DNA of 63,649 nt, counting the filler, from Rhabdomonas costata (lineage: Eukaryota): assembly GCA_019059605.1 (NCBI GenBank). It is 27 parts of 27 records of this genome, joined end to end, with 100 filler letters (N's around TTAATTAATTAA, not from the genome) between each part and the next. Parts side by side here need not be neighbours in the genome. Positions count along the whole stretch, not along the records: positions 23,619 to 25,879 come from JAHMHO010004448.1; positions 25,980 to 28,240 come from JAHMHO010004449.1; positions 28,341 to 30,601 come from JAHMHO010004450.1; positions 30,702 to 32,962 come from JAHMHO010004451.1; positions 33,063 to 35,321 come from JAHMHO010004452.1; positions 35,422 to 37,681 come from JAHMHO010004453.1; positions 37,782 to 40,041 come from JAHMHO010004454.1; 20 more parts are not named here. The stretch is one strand, 5' to 3'. Both the position numbers and the translations under genes were made by a program. Each line of letters opens with the position of its first letter. Position 1 is the first letter of the stretch. Shown piece by piece: positions 24,860 to 37,899 of this stretch. The notes beneath the pieces were generated by a model, which was not told the DNA's origin, ran no database searches, and was given only the letters and a program-made list of their open reading frames with translations.

Positions 24860-25550
24860 TCAGCCAGACTCCTCGCACCACTTGTTCTCCTCCGTGATCT
24901 TCGCCTTCTGCTCTGGGCTGAGGTCGTCCTCAATCTTGCACAGCTCCCGGATCTGCTCCGCTGTCTTCCCTGTTTAACGTTATGCCACAACTCCACCCCA
25001 TCCTTGGTGTCAATGGGAACACAAAGACTTGCTTTTCTTTACTTTAGGAAGGACTCCACCGCCATTTTGTGGGTAATGAATAGGAGTCGAGAGCCTCACC
25101 ATTCAAGTGAAGGGAAGAAGCTAAGCTAACGCGACCCTTCAGCATCGTGGCCGCTGCGGCGCAGGTCAGGTCAAGCATGTCCTCGATATTTAAAAAGTTC
25201 GCCGCGCTGATGCAGTCCACGAGCAGCTGGTGCTGCCGCTCGTCGCCACCCTTGATCTGCGAAGGCCACCCCACATCCAGCCCGCGTTCAATTGTTATTT
25301 GGGTCGGGTTCTGAGTAGCGCCCAGTGTTGAGTTGAAGCTTTGCGTATCCGGAGCAACGTAAGAAGAGTTGAAAGGAAAAGCTCATAACATTGTCATGAC
25401 TGTGGGCCAACCAGAGACAAGGACACATTGGGGGAAGGGAGGGCGCACCAGATCGGTGTACAGGAACTCCCTGTCAAAGCGGGAGATCACTTCCAGGAGC
25501 TTCTGCTTCAAAGGCCGCTCTATCCTTTCCGCAGGCTCGTTGATGTGGTG
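24860..25550 (-). CDS. SKP1: SKP1, last three exons
   Basis: IERPLK...FDREFLYTDL|IKGGDERQHQLLVDCISAANFLNIEDMLDLTCAAAATMLKG|KTAEQIRE...EENKWCEESG*. The FLYTxLxKxxDExQH insert resembles kinetoplastid SKP1 as I recall it. Confidence 0.93.
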
Positions 25551-27509
25551 CTGGACCAAAAAGAGTGTCCACAATGCGTTTTAACGATGACCTCTTTGGC
25601 GAGGGCAGTGAGAATTGTTTTGGAAGTGGCCTTCAAGGGGGACAAAGGGCACTGGAGCAGGTGAAAAAAAAGCAATGTTTTCTCTTCATCCCACTCTGCC
25701 CGACCTTGATGTGGGACCTTCTTCCCCTGATACTGAACAAAAGGCCAAAAGATCCTTCGGATTCTCTTGCCCATCATCTTCTGCTGAGCTGATGAGGTGG
25801 TACTTTATAAATGCAAGTGTCAAAGAGTGTCTTGCTGCTGTTCCATTCTGTGGGAGTTGGCCCCGCAACACCCCAACAANNNNNNNNNNNNNNNNNNNNN
25901 NNNNNNNNNNNNNNNNNNNNNNNTTAATTAATTAANNNNNNNNNNNNNNNNNNNNNNNNNNNNNNNNNNNNNNNNNNNNGGTGGGGGGTTGGCGGTTTAG
26001 TCCCCTTCCGAGCGTTTTGGGTAGAAGAGAAGGCGCTCAAGTCCCATTCGATGTAATGCAATTGCGGGAAGCGAAGTGTTCGAGAGACAGTAGCACTGAG
26101 GAAATTGCAGGAACTGTACCCAGTTTTTCACCACACAATGGTAACCCAGAGATTTTCATGCCTTGAATAATCACGGTGGTGGAGAAAAAGATGAAATGGA
26201 GTCCTGCGGACCAGGTTGCAATCACCTTTGCTGTAGGAGCAATGGGACAGCACGCTACAGGGACTGTGGTGGACGCTTAAACGTTTCATACGTGGGACGC
26301 ATTTGCTTACTTGAAGGCATTGTTATGTTCCTACACTTTGGGTACAACATTTTGTGGAAATTGGATAATATTGTGTATCAGTTCACACTAGGAGCCAAGC
26401 TACTGAGAGGGTGTCATTTTTTAGACTTGCACTTGAGGCGCATTTTCATTCAATGGTTAGAGACAGATATTCAGGCTGATCTGGTGACAAAAAGCTGATA
26501 TTGCAGAAAAACGTTGACGCAGCCTTGGATTTCCACAGGAAATCCAGAGCTCGACCCAATGTCATCGTGGTCGCAGCTGAGCAAGTTGCAGCGAAACCGA
26601 AAGGTATGGATCTATATTCCATGAGGTATTAAAACTCGCCAAAGAGTTGGAGTACGTTGAACAACAATCAATAAAAATTCAATAACACGGTTCAGAGAGT
26701 GCGGGAGTGATCATTGCAAGCTCAAGGGGGCTGAGTGGGAGGTCGGTTTACGAGAAGTGGGACGCCATGACATCAGGAACATTGCTGTGGGATATCGCGT
26801 CGCCGGCAATATGGTGCTGTTTGTTGAAAATGAAGAGCCGCAAGTTAACGCAATTATGACCCCGTCACCCAGACCCCCATCCACAACAACCAGAGTGTAC
26901 TCCAGTGGGGGGCTTTTTGGGCATGGTAAGAGGAGGATTCCACAGAACCATTTCACCGGTTACAGAGACAGACCAAGAGTAGGGGTAGATCTATAAAACT
27001 GGCTGAGATCACAGGCGACAACAAATACCATTATGTTGGAATGGAGAACAACGTTTGCGCAATCACTCTTGGATGAAGCGGTGCAGTGGTGTGCGCATGG
27101 GTGTTTTTACTGCGTGTCACAAGCCCATTTTATGAATAATTGCCCGTAAATCATGTCAAGAGCATGGAAGTCCGCACCAGCACAGTTTCAGGACGTGTAA
27201 ACTGTCACTGTAAAGAAGGAAAAACCAAACTTAAGACAATTGGAATGGGCGAATCCAACCAGCGAAACTGATCCCAAGAGTATTGACCAAGAGTCTGTGA
27301 CCGAGAGTGCTGGAAGTATGTTTTCATCATAGCAAGAAGTAAAATGTGGGGGTAATTTGGCATTGCAGTGGTTTTTTGGTGAAGCGGTAGGCCAGAGATA
27401 CAAGGATGAATGTTGTGAGGTAAGCGATAAAGAAGGTGAGCTGGAAGAAGAGTTGATCAGTGGAAATACCAATACAGTGCATACCAACCGGGTATCGAGT
27501 CAACCAACA

Positions 27510-28100
27510 CTGGGTGGGCTGATGACACGCTAGGACTTGTGGCACGTGCTGCAAATTAGTGGCACCACAGAGGATCTAATATCCGTCATCCGAATCCTCT
27601 CTGCAAAAGAGGAAGTCCGGGTGCGCACTACACCTTCAGAGGAACGCCAGGGGTCCTTTAAACCTACAGCAGGTGTCCGCCAGGGATGTGTCCTTTCACC
27701 GACGTTGTTCATTCTCATGTTTGAATACGTCATCAGGATGGAGATCCGGGGAGTTGCAGACTGGCCCTAACGGACGCACTGGCCGTCGGATGGTCCCACC
27801 TGGACATTCTGGGCTACGCAGATGAAAAAGAACTCATATCACGGAATAAGTCGGCTCTCCGCGCTCGCATGGTACAGTTCGAATACATGCACCAGAGCTG
27901 GCCTTAATCTCAACACGAAGACCAAGCTCATCCAATTGCCCGCTGACTCAAACCCAAGACACTACGGCCTGCAGCTTGGTGGCATTTATATCGAAGACGT
28001 CGCCTCCTTCACTTACTTAGGCAGCAGTGTGCAGACCAGTACATAACACAAATTCGCCATGGACCGTGTGGCAAAGGTCCACTTGGCGTGAGGATTGCCG
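27510..28100 (+). mobile_element. Degenerate non-LTR (RTE-like) retrotransposon RT fragment
   Basis: GVRQGCVLSPTLF, LGYADE, GLNLNTKTK and FTYLGS are spread across frames with stops and frameshifts. Confidence 0.85.
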
Positions 28101-28340
28101 GTCCGGTGGTAGTGATGGCTCCACCAATGGCCGCTGACTCCGGGTATTGCATTGCGGTTGTGGATTGCTTCTCCTCCTTCGCCCTTCCGTCAGTTGCTGA
28201 AGACACGACACGCATGGACCAGAGAGCAGCTATCCAGCCCNNNNNNNNNNNNNNNNNNNNNNNNNNNNNNNNNNNNNNNNNNNNTTAATTAATTAANNNN
28301 NNNNNNNNNNNNNNNNNNNNNNNNNNNNNNNNNNNNNNNN

Positions 28341-28855
28341 GGGCGCCGTTGACAGGTCTACTAAACTCGTGGCGTTCAGAGACTTCCGAATGGGCATTCT
28401 GTTGAAGACAGACGCCGCAATGGACCTTCGTCGGCTGCTGAGGTCTTACCCTTTGTGTCCCAATACATCTCCAAGGGCGCCACTGTTTCAGTGATGGCTT
28501 GAAGGTCCACAGGTCAAATCTGGAGGATATGGGCGACAAACACGATTACGTCAAGCATGGAGACGGTCAATTTGTGAACAAAAGATCCGTTCGTATCACC
28601 CGGTCTGTCTCTACGTTGGGGAAAGTGCACACTAATGCAATTGATGGGTATTGGGGTTCCTTCAAGAACGCTATGAGGGGGATGAAGTCTCTTCGGCGAG
28701 AGCACCAGCCCTTGTTCCTCGCGGAGTTTATGTGGAGGCACAACGCTACAGTTTTGAATCCATCTCGCTGCCTTTTCGAGCAGATTTTAGCTCTTCTGGG
28801 GTTGTATTCTGAGGACAAGACTCTTATTGACGCTCTAAACAGTCTTTCGTGCTAG
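28341..28855 (+). mobile_element. Merlin / IS1595-like transposase, frameshifted C-terminal part
   Basis: GAVDR, I..GATV.SDG, VKH..GQFV, VHTNAIDGYWGSFK...LFLAEFMWRHN. Confidence 0.85.
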
Positions 28856-29962
28856 ATTTTGTTGCCTTCTGCTCCTCCTCCTGGCTTACAAACACCCTAC
28901 CATTCCCCACTTGGAACTTGTGCCATATTTCGCTGGGAGCTTAAGATTGACCATATATAAAGGTTGGAAATTAAGATTGGAGGATACAATAAGTGAACCG
29001 AATCTAGCTCCACTTGGCGACGTCTTTTTGGCAGTCAAAGAGGCTGACAAGCAGCGGAATAGCCCAGGTTCTCGGAGGCAGGAACCTTCTGTTAAAACCC
29101 ACCACACAGAGTTGCCTGCATTTTGTTTTGGGTGGACACTGCTCTTTCTTACTGAGAATATGTCGTCATAAAATCCTTTGGCGTGGGAAAGGAAAGTAAA
29201 GCTTCTGCTCCGGAAAAATCACTTGTATCTATATTCAGTCTCAGGGAGAAGTAACTCTAATAATGTTCACGGCTTTTCCTTGCAGAACTTCTCCTGTAGT
29301 AGTTGTCACGACGCGAGATCTATTGGATTGAGAATCTGCAAGAGAACAAACGACAACTAGAAGAGGAAGTGGCAGCGCCCCACAAGTGTTCGGACCGCGA
29401 AGTGAAAGACATCAGGTATGGTTCAGGGGTTTGGGTAAGGGAAGAAGGCATCTCTTCTGTGTATATGCAGAAGGTTACTTGGCTGAGATGTCTTGAAATC
29501 TGCCCTACCCTCTATATATGAATGTCTCGTACTGGAGTTTGCAAAGTGGCCAACTCTAGGATTGTTATGTGGCGTTTGAACAGATTCATCGAGAGGTTTC
29601 ACCTCCCTCAGGTGTACCTTCTTCAATTCCGTAAATCAATCTCGACACAATACATTTTCAAAAGGGGTGACTCAGGGAATCATAAAGCGGCTTCGAGGCA
29701 AGGTTCCAAATTCCGAGAAATCACTCGCTCTTTGCGCACATTTCGCTCTGGAATTGGATCCCAAATTGGATCCTATCCAACGCTTCTGGTGTGTTCTTTT
29801 TGCTGGGTGCTTCTTGATCGCCAACGAAGACGGATTCCTCGCGTGTGACATTCATTCACAACACGCTGCTCGACCAGAAAGGGTCGAAAACATCAGCTGC
29901 CTTTGTCTTTTTGAACTTCGTTGGGCGTGGGCGCGCAGATTTTTTTGTGTGCGTGTGTGCAG

Positions 29963-30157
29963 TGAACACGATGGTGTACGGCCCGCAAAGCGGCGTGGGG
30001 TATGCGAAGGCCCCCAACGGGAAGAACGCCTGCGGTGCGTGCTACAAACTCACTCGGGGCACCACCAGCGTCACCGTGGCCGTGGTGGACCGGTGCGGTG
30101 GTGGCTGCTGGGCGACCTCTGGGCAGTGCACGACGAAGGCCGCCTCCTCTGTCAGTG
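29963..30157 (+). CDS. Expansin/barwin/RlpA-like double-psi beta-barrel exon
   Basis: AVN...ACGACYKLT...SVTVAVVDRCGGGC, flanked by a TGCAG acceptor and a GTGCGT donor. Confidence 0.75.
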
Positions 30158-30900
30158 GTGCGTGTGTGTATGTGTGTGTGCGCGCGCAGCACAATGTTTG
30201 CGTCAGTGAGGACGTGCACCCTCCGTTCATTCGTGGGATTGCGGTGATTATACCTGCGTCTGCATAGTGGCGGATGGCGACGTTTGTTTGCTCGGGTATG
30301 GACATCACTGCGGAGTCATCGGGGGTCCCACTTTGGTTAATGGGGCTCAGCAGAGTTTGTAGTTTACTTTTGTTTTAACGTTCACAACTTTAATGGTGGA
30401 AAACGTAAATTAAAGATGAAAAATATGAAAAAAGTGGAGGGTGCAATTCATAGAAAAGCAGGGTCTTGCCCCCCCTTTTTTAATTTGTGATAACTCCAGA
30501 ACCACCCCGGATAGAGGTGCCCTCTGTTCATCTGTTCACCATTTGGTCTAAACAGGTGAACGTAGAAAAACGACCCCCAGATACCGCAATTAAAACCCAC
30601 ANNNNNNNNNNNNNNNNNNNNNNNNNNNNNNNNNNNNNNNNNNNNTTAATTAATTAANNNNNNNNNNNNNNNNNNNNNNNNNNNNNNNNNNNNNNNNNNN
30701 NTTCTTGCCCTTGCTGGTGATCCGCTGGGCTATCAAGGCATGGACGTTGGTTGGTTGGTTGGTTGGACGACGGAGTCTGGACGCAGGCGGAGACTGTATG
30801 TAGCACCTACACATTTTCTTCCGAGAATGTTCCACGGACGCGCGCGAACACACACGTACACAAAAAGTGCGGGCACACACACAAACACACGGCCACGCAC

Positions 30901-32913
30901 CAGAGCGGCGGTCTGGGCGGCCGACACCGCGGCAAGCAGTTGGAAGACTACCCACACACTGGCCGGGCGCACGGAAACCACCAAACAGCCCAGGGGCGCG
31001 CCCCCCGCTGCCGGCCCCACGGCGGCCGTCACCCCACTGCAGAACTGGGAGGCGTTGAAGGTCTCCACTGTGCCCGCCGCCACCACGCTCAGCTCCACCG
31101 TCACTGCGTTGGGGTGGAATTGCGGTCAAGATTTGTGAAACACCCCAATATTACTTAGATTGGAGTCTGAAAGTGCTGAATATCAAGGCGCTAGCTCGGC
31201 TAAAAGAATTGAAGTGCAGGCACGTTCTTTTTGCACGGTTCCCTGCACACTGTTCCCTGCATTCATACACTTGGGGTGGCCAGCTAGTTGTTGTTGGCAC
31301 TCAACATCACCGCGGAATAATAATGTTAGAGTCCTGGGTAGCTTGATTGAGGTTATGTGCCCGCAAGTGCAGGAGGTGGGAGAGGTGAAAAGCAACTGGG
31401 CACCAATACGTGAGTCAGGGCGAGGGAGGAATTCGGCAGTCGGGCACCAGTCGTGCACCAACCCGCACTTACACACCCACACACCCGCGGGCATGCACAC
31501 GGGGGAGTTCCAGGTGCCGTTGGCGCAGACAAAGCTCGAGGATGGCAGGTAGCCTGAGCATGTGCCACCGTCAAAAGCGACACAAGGTGAAGGGCATACA
31601 CAGCGAGGAATGCACAAACGAAGAGTGAAAATGATACGAATGAAGATACTGCTCCGGATATGGATGTCGTGGGGAGCTAAAAACCGACAGTATTACTCAT
31701 AGAGCGATGATACTACCATCATTATGGGGGGCACCACGAACTGTTTCTCGTTTGTTGAAAAATCCCAGAAGAGACCAACAGAACAAAACGGCGGTGTAAC
31801 CTGGAGCTATAAGTCATCTCGCATCCAAAAACGCACTGTGCGACTATGGAACAAGCGGAAAAAACGGAGCAAAAAGAACAGTATGCGGAGCAGTAAAAGT
31901 CCATTGAAGGAAGGGTGCCAACCGGAGCTACAGGTCGCCGAGCAAGTGGAGCCCGAGAATGTCGGCAGGGAGCACGCCGCGGCGCTCAGGGGAACCGCCG
32001 CCGAGGGCAATGAAGTGCACGGATTTGAATTTCTGCTGGTGCTCGCTGCAGGGAAAGCCCCAGAAGAGCAAGGACAGCGGCTATTTAGATCCACAAATGC
32101 AACAGGAAAGCCACAGCGTTAAGAGCTTGCATGAGCCAAACTGAGATAGTCTGGCACCTCCGCACCTCCGCATAGGCGACCCATGAGGCATGCAGGTATC
32201 GCTTCCTCAATTTTCATCTTGTCCTCACAGAGTGCAACAGTGCAGGGGGAGGGAATGGGGAGAGAAGAACACGAAGCAAACTAACGGCAAGTGACAGCAA
32301 TGTCGATGCTTCCTCAACCTGACGCTCCACGTCGTACAAAAAGCCTTTTTTGCTGGACCAACTTCCACGGGACACGCGGACATCGACCCAGTTTTCCACA
32401 CTCTCCACTTGAACCCACGGTCTACATCTTGGTCGGCTGCTCAAAAAGCCTCTTCGCACAGGCACCAGTGCAGCAGTCGTCCAGGGCACAGGACGCGGAG
32501 GAGCAGACAGTGCTCGCGGCCTTCGCGGTGTAGTCCCCGGGGCAGGCGAACGTGTGGCAGGCTGGGTTTGCTGTGCGCGCAACAAAAAGAGGCTCCCTTA
32601 TCAGATTGCCTCACAGACATTCCTTCAGAAACGTCTGGGAGTCGCATGAAAACCTACCCCCCCCCCAAAAAAAAACCCCAAACCATGGTGACTCCTCCGC
32701 TTCCGAGGAAGCGAGGAAGCGGGAGGTGAGAGCACAGAGACCTGGCAACGCGCCGAGTCGGAACATGAACCAATAGACAAGAAAATGCGAGGAAAAATTC
32801 AGCGGCACCGGTGCAGCAGTCGGTTCGGGCACAGGTGAGAGAGGAGCACGTGGTGCTTGCGGCCTTCGCGGAGTAGCCCTCGGGGCAGGCGTAACTGCCG
32901 CACTTCGGATTGG
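30901..32913 (-). CDS. Cys-rich modular surface/secreted protein, 5 exons
   Basis: Two paralogous phase-1 exons (ANPKCGSYACPEGYSAKAASTTCSSLTCARTDCCT; ANPACHTFACPGDYTAKAASTVCSSASCALDDCCT), a sushi-like module (GSTCSATCSSG|YLPSSSFVCANGTWNSPVC) and an SEA-like segment (VVSVRPASVWVVFQL). Confidence 0.75.
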
Positions 32914-33470
32914 CTGCAAGAGAACAGCCCCAAAACAGCCGCACAATTACCGCCCAAACCCCNNNNNNNNNNNNNNNNNNNNNNNNNNNNNNNNNNNNNN
33001 NNNNNNTTAATTAATTAANNNNNNNNNNNNNNNNNNNNNNNNNNNNNNNNNNNNNNNNNNNNTTGTTTTGTTTTTCACTCGTTGGATTCTCGCTTCGCTT
33101 TGCATTCAACGGAAGTGTTCCGTAGGGGTAAGTCACTTTGGGTTTGAGCTGGAATTGGAATCAGGCGAGTACGGATATGATAATCGAGCGAAGCTTGCAA
33201 ATGTTAGGCGGGCATACCCCCCCCCATTCTCCCCCGCAAGGGTACGGGACGGCTGGCTCCACGTGGAAAGAATACTGCTGCAGACCAAGGAGGCAGGGAG
33301 GTGGAAGTGGGGGTAAGCTTACAATTCCTCTCAATCAGCGGGGATACCCTTTTAATTAGGTGACCCTCGATTTTGTGTAACGTCTAGCAGAAGTGAAAAC
33401 GGAAGTTCCTCCCGAACTACACTCAGTGGAATTGCAGTAAATCATGTTCTTTCATAAACAAACGCACAAC

Positions 33471-33503
33471 CACAAGCACAAGCACAAGCACAAGCACAAG
33501 CAC
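33471..33503. repeat. (CACAAG)n microsatellite
   Basis: About 5 tandem hexamers. Confidence 0.85.
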
Positions 33504-34599
33504 AAAACAAGTAAGCACCTCTAGTGCAACGGTGTTGGAGGGAGCCCTGTCCCCTCCGTCGTTTTCTGCCACTGGAGGTGGCTGCTGGGGGGCCGAGGAG
33601 GGCTGCGTGGCAGGCCGGGCCGGGGTGCCGTGGTTGGGGGAGGCGCCGGCCTCTAGCCATAGGGCAGCAGAGAAGGCCCCGCGAGTGGTGGAGCCCTCCT
33701 GCGAAGTCCCGTGGCGGGACTGCCTCAGCTGCTTCATGGCGGCCTTGTCCAGGACTTGGACCTTCGTGCGCGCGCACGGATTTGTGGCCCGTGTGGCAGA
33801 TGTGACCTCAGTGCAAACCCATAAACTCCTCCACTTCTTTTCTTGATTATCCAAATGGTGGAAAAAAGGACTTGGCAGAAGTCCGGGTATGCGCTTGCCA
33901 TGTATCCGCCACAGTCGCCCTGTCTGCCTCCCACTAAGGTCCATGTGTGGTGATCTTAGGTCAGCCCACAGGCCAGCAACTCAAATCAGTTCCTGAGGTA
34001 GAGTTTGTGCACTGAGGAGAGGCGCCGAAGATTTGGTAGGGAGGGGGGGACTGGGCCTTTCGCTGATATTGGCCCAGTCCATAAAAAAGGTGAATGGCAG
34101 GCAACCGGCGCACCAAACGGGAGATGAGAGAGATAGCGAGAAAGCGAGGGGCGGATTGGGAAGAGACCGCAGGGAAGACAACTCAGTATACACCATTTGC
34201 AGGGCTCTCTGGGATCCATAAATGGGGGACGCGCTCGCACCCCGTTGGGTTAAAAGCAAACATGCAGGGAGGAGATGGCGGAGCCAGTTCGTGACCGGTC
34301 CTGTGCACCGGGACGACGAACTTGCTCAGTTTCAAACGCATCGGATGCCGTTGCAGGGGTCTCTAGCATCGGACTTAAGACTTATGTATTCATGTCCAGA
34401 TAGCCGCAGTGAAGAGGAAGGAAAGTTGGCAATAAGGACTAAAAACAACAAGGGAGGAGAGGATGAAAAAGAACAAGAGATGCAGCCACCTTTCCTTTTT
34501 TAGAGAAACTATGAGCATTTAGACCTCAATTTAGCACACGCGCAGATGATAGAAAAACGGGCGTAGTGGCATTATGGGGACCCCCCCCCGCATCAAATG

Positions 34600-35319
34600 T
34601 ATCTTGGGGTTTCGGTGTAATTTACGGACCCAGAAGAGATTCTCTTCAAATTTCCCCACGAGGCCGAACGTGCCTTTGTCTACTCGGTGGCTCCGCCCGT
34701 GCTCAAGTGGGCTGCTCGGTCGGGGACTTTGAGCACGCGGGTTCGGCTGGTCACGATCCGCCTGGCGGACTAATCGGCCTGCCTCTGATGCTCGGAGGAG
34801 ACCGAGGACGATGCCCATGCCGTTTTTGGGTGCCCGGGCACCGGCTCCGCGGACCTTGATCTTCTGGTCCCAGCCTTCTGGTGGAAGGCATGGGGTGAGA
34901 AGCAAGACCGCGTTATGCTCTCCGCTTACTGGATCGCGACACATCTGCCTCAACTGGCCGTGGGCTTGCTTCCGCTCTCCCTTGAGTCTTGGGAGGTTAG
35001 CATCCTCCTCCGGCAGTTCCACCTCCACCTGTACGACCGCCTCGGGGGTTCTTCGGCGCCGCGAGCGCCTGATGTCCGAGCGCTTTGCCCAGCTCCTGGC
35101 CTCCCTCGTCTGTTTCTGGAGGTTCCACTCAGCTGTCTGTCCGTGACGTGACCGTAGCGTAGGTTCGAGCGGCCGAAACGATTCCTCTCTCGGCCCCAGC
35201 CAGTTCGTCGAGCACCGCATGGGTTCCTGCGCGACGTCTTCGAGAGCAGAAGCGAGAGGCCACTCTCTCCCTGGGTACCTGAATTCAGGCCCACCCTCAC
35301 CTTTAGGCAGTACCCCCAC
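34600..35319 (-). pseudogene. Possible decayed tyrosine-recombinase remnant
   Basis: IVLGLLRASEAGRL resembles the GLLRxSE box I of DIRS/Crypton recombinases. Intronless; no HxxR or Tyr motif found. Confidence 0.25.
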
Positions 35320-37899
35320 AANNNNNNNNNNNNNNNNNNNNNNNNNNNNNNNNNNNNNNNNNNNNTTAATTAATTAANNNNNNNNNNNNNNNNNNNNNNN
35401 NNNNNNNNNNNNNNNNNNNNNTGTTGGTTGGTCTGCGGTGACGGTGTCGTCGGAGAAGTTCCGGGTGTAAACCGAGGGCGCCCGCCTTTGCAGACGATCG
35501 ATAATGTGAAGTAGAATCACTTGCTGTCTGCTTCGGGCGTCCGCAGCAGACACCTAAGACAGAGGGACGGCGGAAAATCGCAGCGTGCACGGCAGAGGGG
35601 AGGGGGGTGGGCGATGGAAATTGGCCCCAACCCAAGGATGGGTAAGATCAGAGAGGAGGCTTAGAATTGCCCGCAACTCTACCAGCCGCCACCTGAACAG
35701 CATCCGTTAAAACACTCACAAGGCTTTGGGGAGGCTAAATCCCTTGCATTGCCGCTTGTGCGTGGATTGTTATTCCAATCTTACCTTCTTGTATTGAACG
35801 TTAAGCACTGCTAAACGGTCATACATCCCCCCGCCCCCCGTTATAATGTCTCTCAAGGGGAATGAAAACAGGATGCATTACCCCATTTTGCTGAACAAAA
35901 TGCATCACGAGACGGTTGACACAGTTCTCCTAACCCCTGTGCCCTAAAAAGAGGGTCGCCAAATAGTGATCACTTCGGCCTTTCGCTCCGCCAACGTTTA
36001 GCACCGCCAATCGAACCCCTTCCCTCCAACCTTCCTCAAAGACAGCGGCAGAGCCCTTCCTTGCCTTCTTTGGAAGCCGAAAACACAGCCGTGCCTGTGC
36101 TAAAGGGCCCTCGCGAAATTCGAAGGGCAGGCCCATGACATCGCCGATCGCAATGCCTGAGAAATCCCCCCCACTGATTTATGTGGATGGATTGGCATCC
36201 TTTGACCAGGGGGAAGTTTTTATCAGATGGTCCGGCGTGTTCCCCCGCCTCGCAGCTGGCGGCGTGATCCCGCACGGATCGGGCCGTGGCTTCTTGTCAG
36301 CCATCGTTGGGAGTGGCCACACACATACAAATGTGTGTGGTGTATATATACAGTGGTTTCGGCCGAGCAAAACGCCCTCACACCAACCCCCCTTTTTCTG
36401 CTACTGATTTTACCACAGAAACACGGGATCCAATCCTCACAATGCCACACGTAGTCTTCCAGGCCTCAGTGCCACTTGGGGCGGGGTGGGCGCGTGACCA
36501 AGATGACCAACAGTAAATAATGAAGTCATGTTTTGGGAAATTTTGGCTTTCGCCGGGACGTGCTTCTGCCTCAAATCCTTTGTGAGGTGAAGTATGCGCA
36601 CAGAAGATGGGCCCGGGATCTGCCCCTCTCCCAAAGAGCTGTTTCCTGGATCCCCCCCTCCCAGCGCCACACCCATCAATGAGGCACGCGCCCGCTCCCC
36701 GACATCGGCGAACATTGTTGCTACCACTCTGGGAAAAATGGTGACAACCTCGCAGAAAAATTGGTAAAGCAAGTCAAGAAACCAAAGTTCTGTACAAAAG
36801 CCGGATGGAAAACCAGGGTGAGACAGGGGGATGGGTGGGGGAGGAAAGCTTTGGACCACGTTTCCCCTAGTTGGAGTCTCAGGGAACAATTCGTTACCCC
36901 ACCACGTGCCAAACAACTCTTGTCCTTTGGAAGTGTGAAGATGATAGGATATCACCCCTCGATCATGGAAAACGGTGGATTCTTTTACGCTGGAGAACTC
37001 AGAAGAAGGATGTCATGTGTAACACGCCCACAGCGAACTTACTTGAGGGGGAACCACAAACAATGGCTGCATTTGTTTCGTACTTTGATTGATGTGATCA
37101 AGCAAAGCCATAACTTTGGATTCCAAGCCAACCACACATAGAATACTATGTGCATCTTTCTGCCGTGCTCACAGCACTGCAGTCCTCCGCACTTTCACAC
37201 CTGCTCCACTCGGCTCAGCCTCCCCCAGTGGCTCAATGACAGGTTGCGTGTCTTTTAGCATCCCAGCGCAGAACTGCTACTATACTTTCTGGAGACACAA
37301 CCCGAGCAAGAAAGGACGGCCCAGCAGCGGCCTTGCACGGTTCGGTCACTCTCAGGGTACGGGTGACGGCTGCTGCTGCGACAATTGCGGGGTTGATCCC
37401 GGTCCGAGACGCTCAATTCGCCCAATTCAGGGCCTGCGTGCAAAGACTTAGCTGTCGTCGGCGCTGCTTGACAGCTATAAGTGGAGCCCACGAGTAGTTC
37501 ATACTGGTATCGGAATGGGCTGGGATGCTTCGGTATGCAGATATAAAGCTCTGGGGGCTATTGCATGTATTTTTCTGGTGGAAGTGGGGATGGGGGTTGA
37601 GACTACCAAGAAAGGATATACGGGAAAGGGGTGACCTTATTCGGCACAGTTCTGGTAGTCTCAACCCCCATCCCCACAACCNNNNNNNNNNNNNNNNNNN
37701 NNNNNNNNNNNNNNNNNNNNNNNNNTTAATTAATTAANNNNNNNNNNNNNNNNNNNNNNNNNNNNNNNNNNNNNNNNNNNNTGTTTTTGGGGCATTGGAC
37801 GTGAGTTTTGGGAGGGTTCATCTAGTAAAGCTTGTGCTGAACATTCTGGATGGAGACTTCGGGGTTTTGGGCGTGATCATGGTAGTTCGACTGTACTTG

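Noticed and set aside
26715..26996. LKGAEWEVGLRE resembling a Polinton minor-capsid motif
   Set aside because: Only a short motif; flanking sequence does not continue the similarity and no other viral genes are evident.
31890..31925. Possible GA-donor non-canonical intron after SFNG
   Set aside because: An upstream GTTGGC donor gives the right phase and a better sushi-like sequence (CSSG|YLP).
37584..37677. 25-bp perfect inverted repeat as a terminator or MITE
   Set aside because: It abuts the contig end and primer-like tail like other terminal fold-backs; most likely an amplification chimera.
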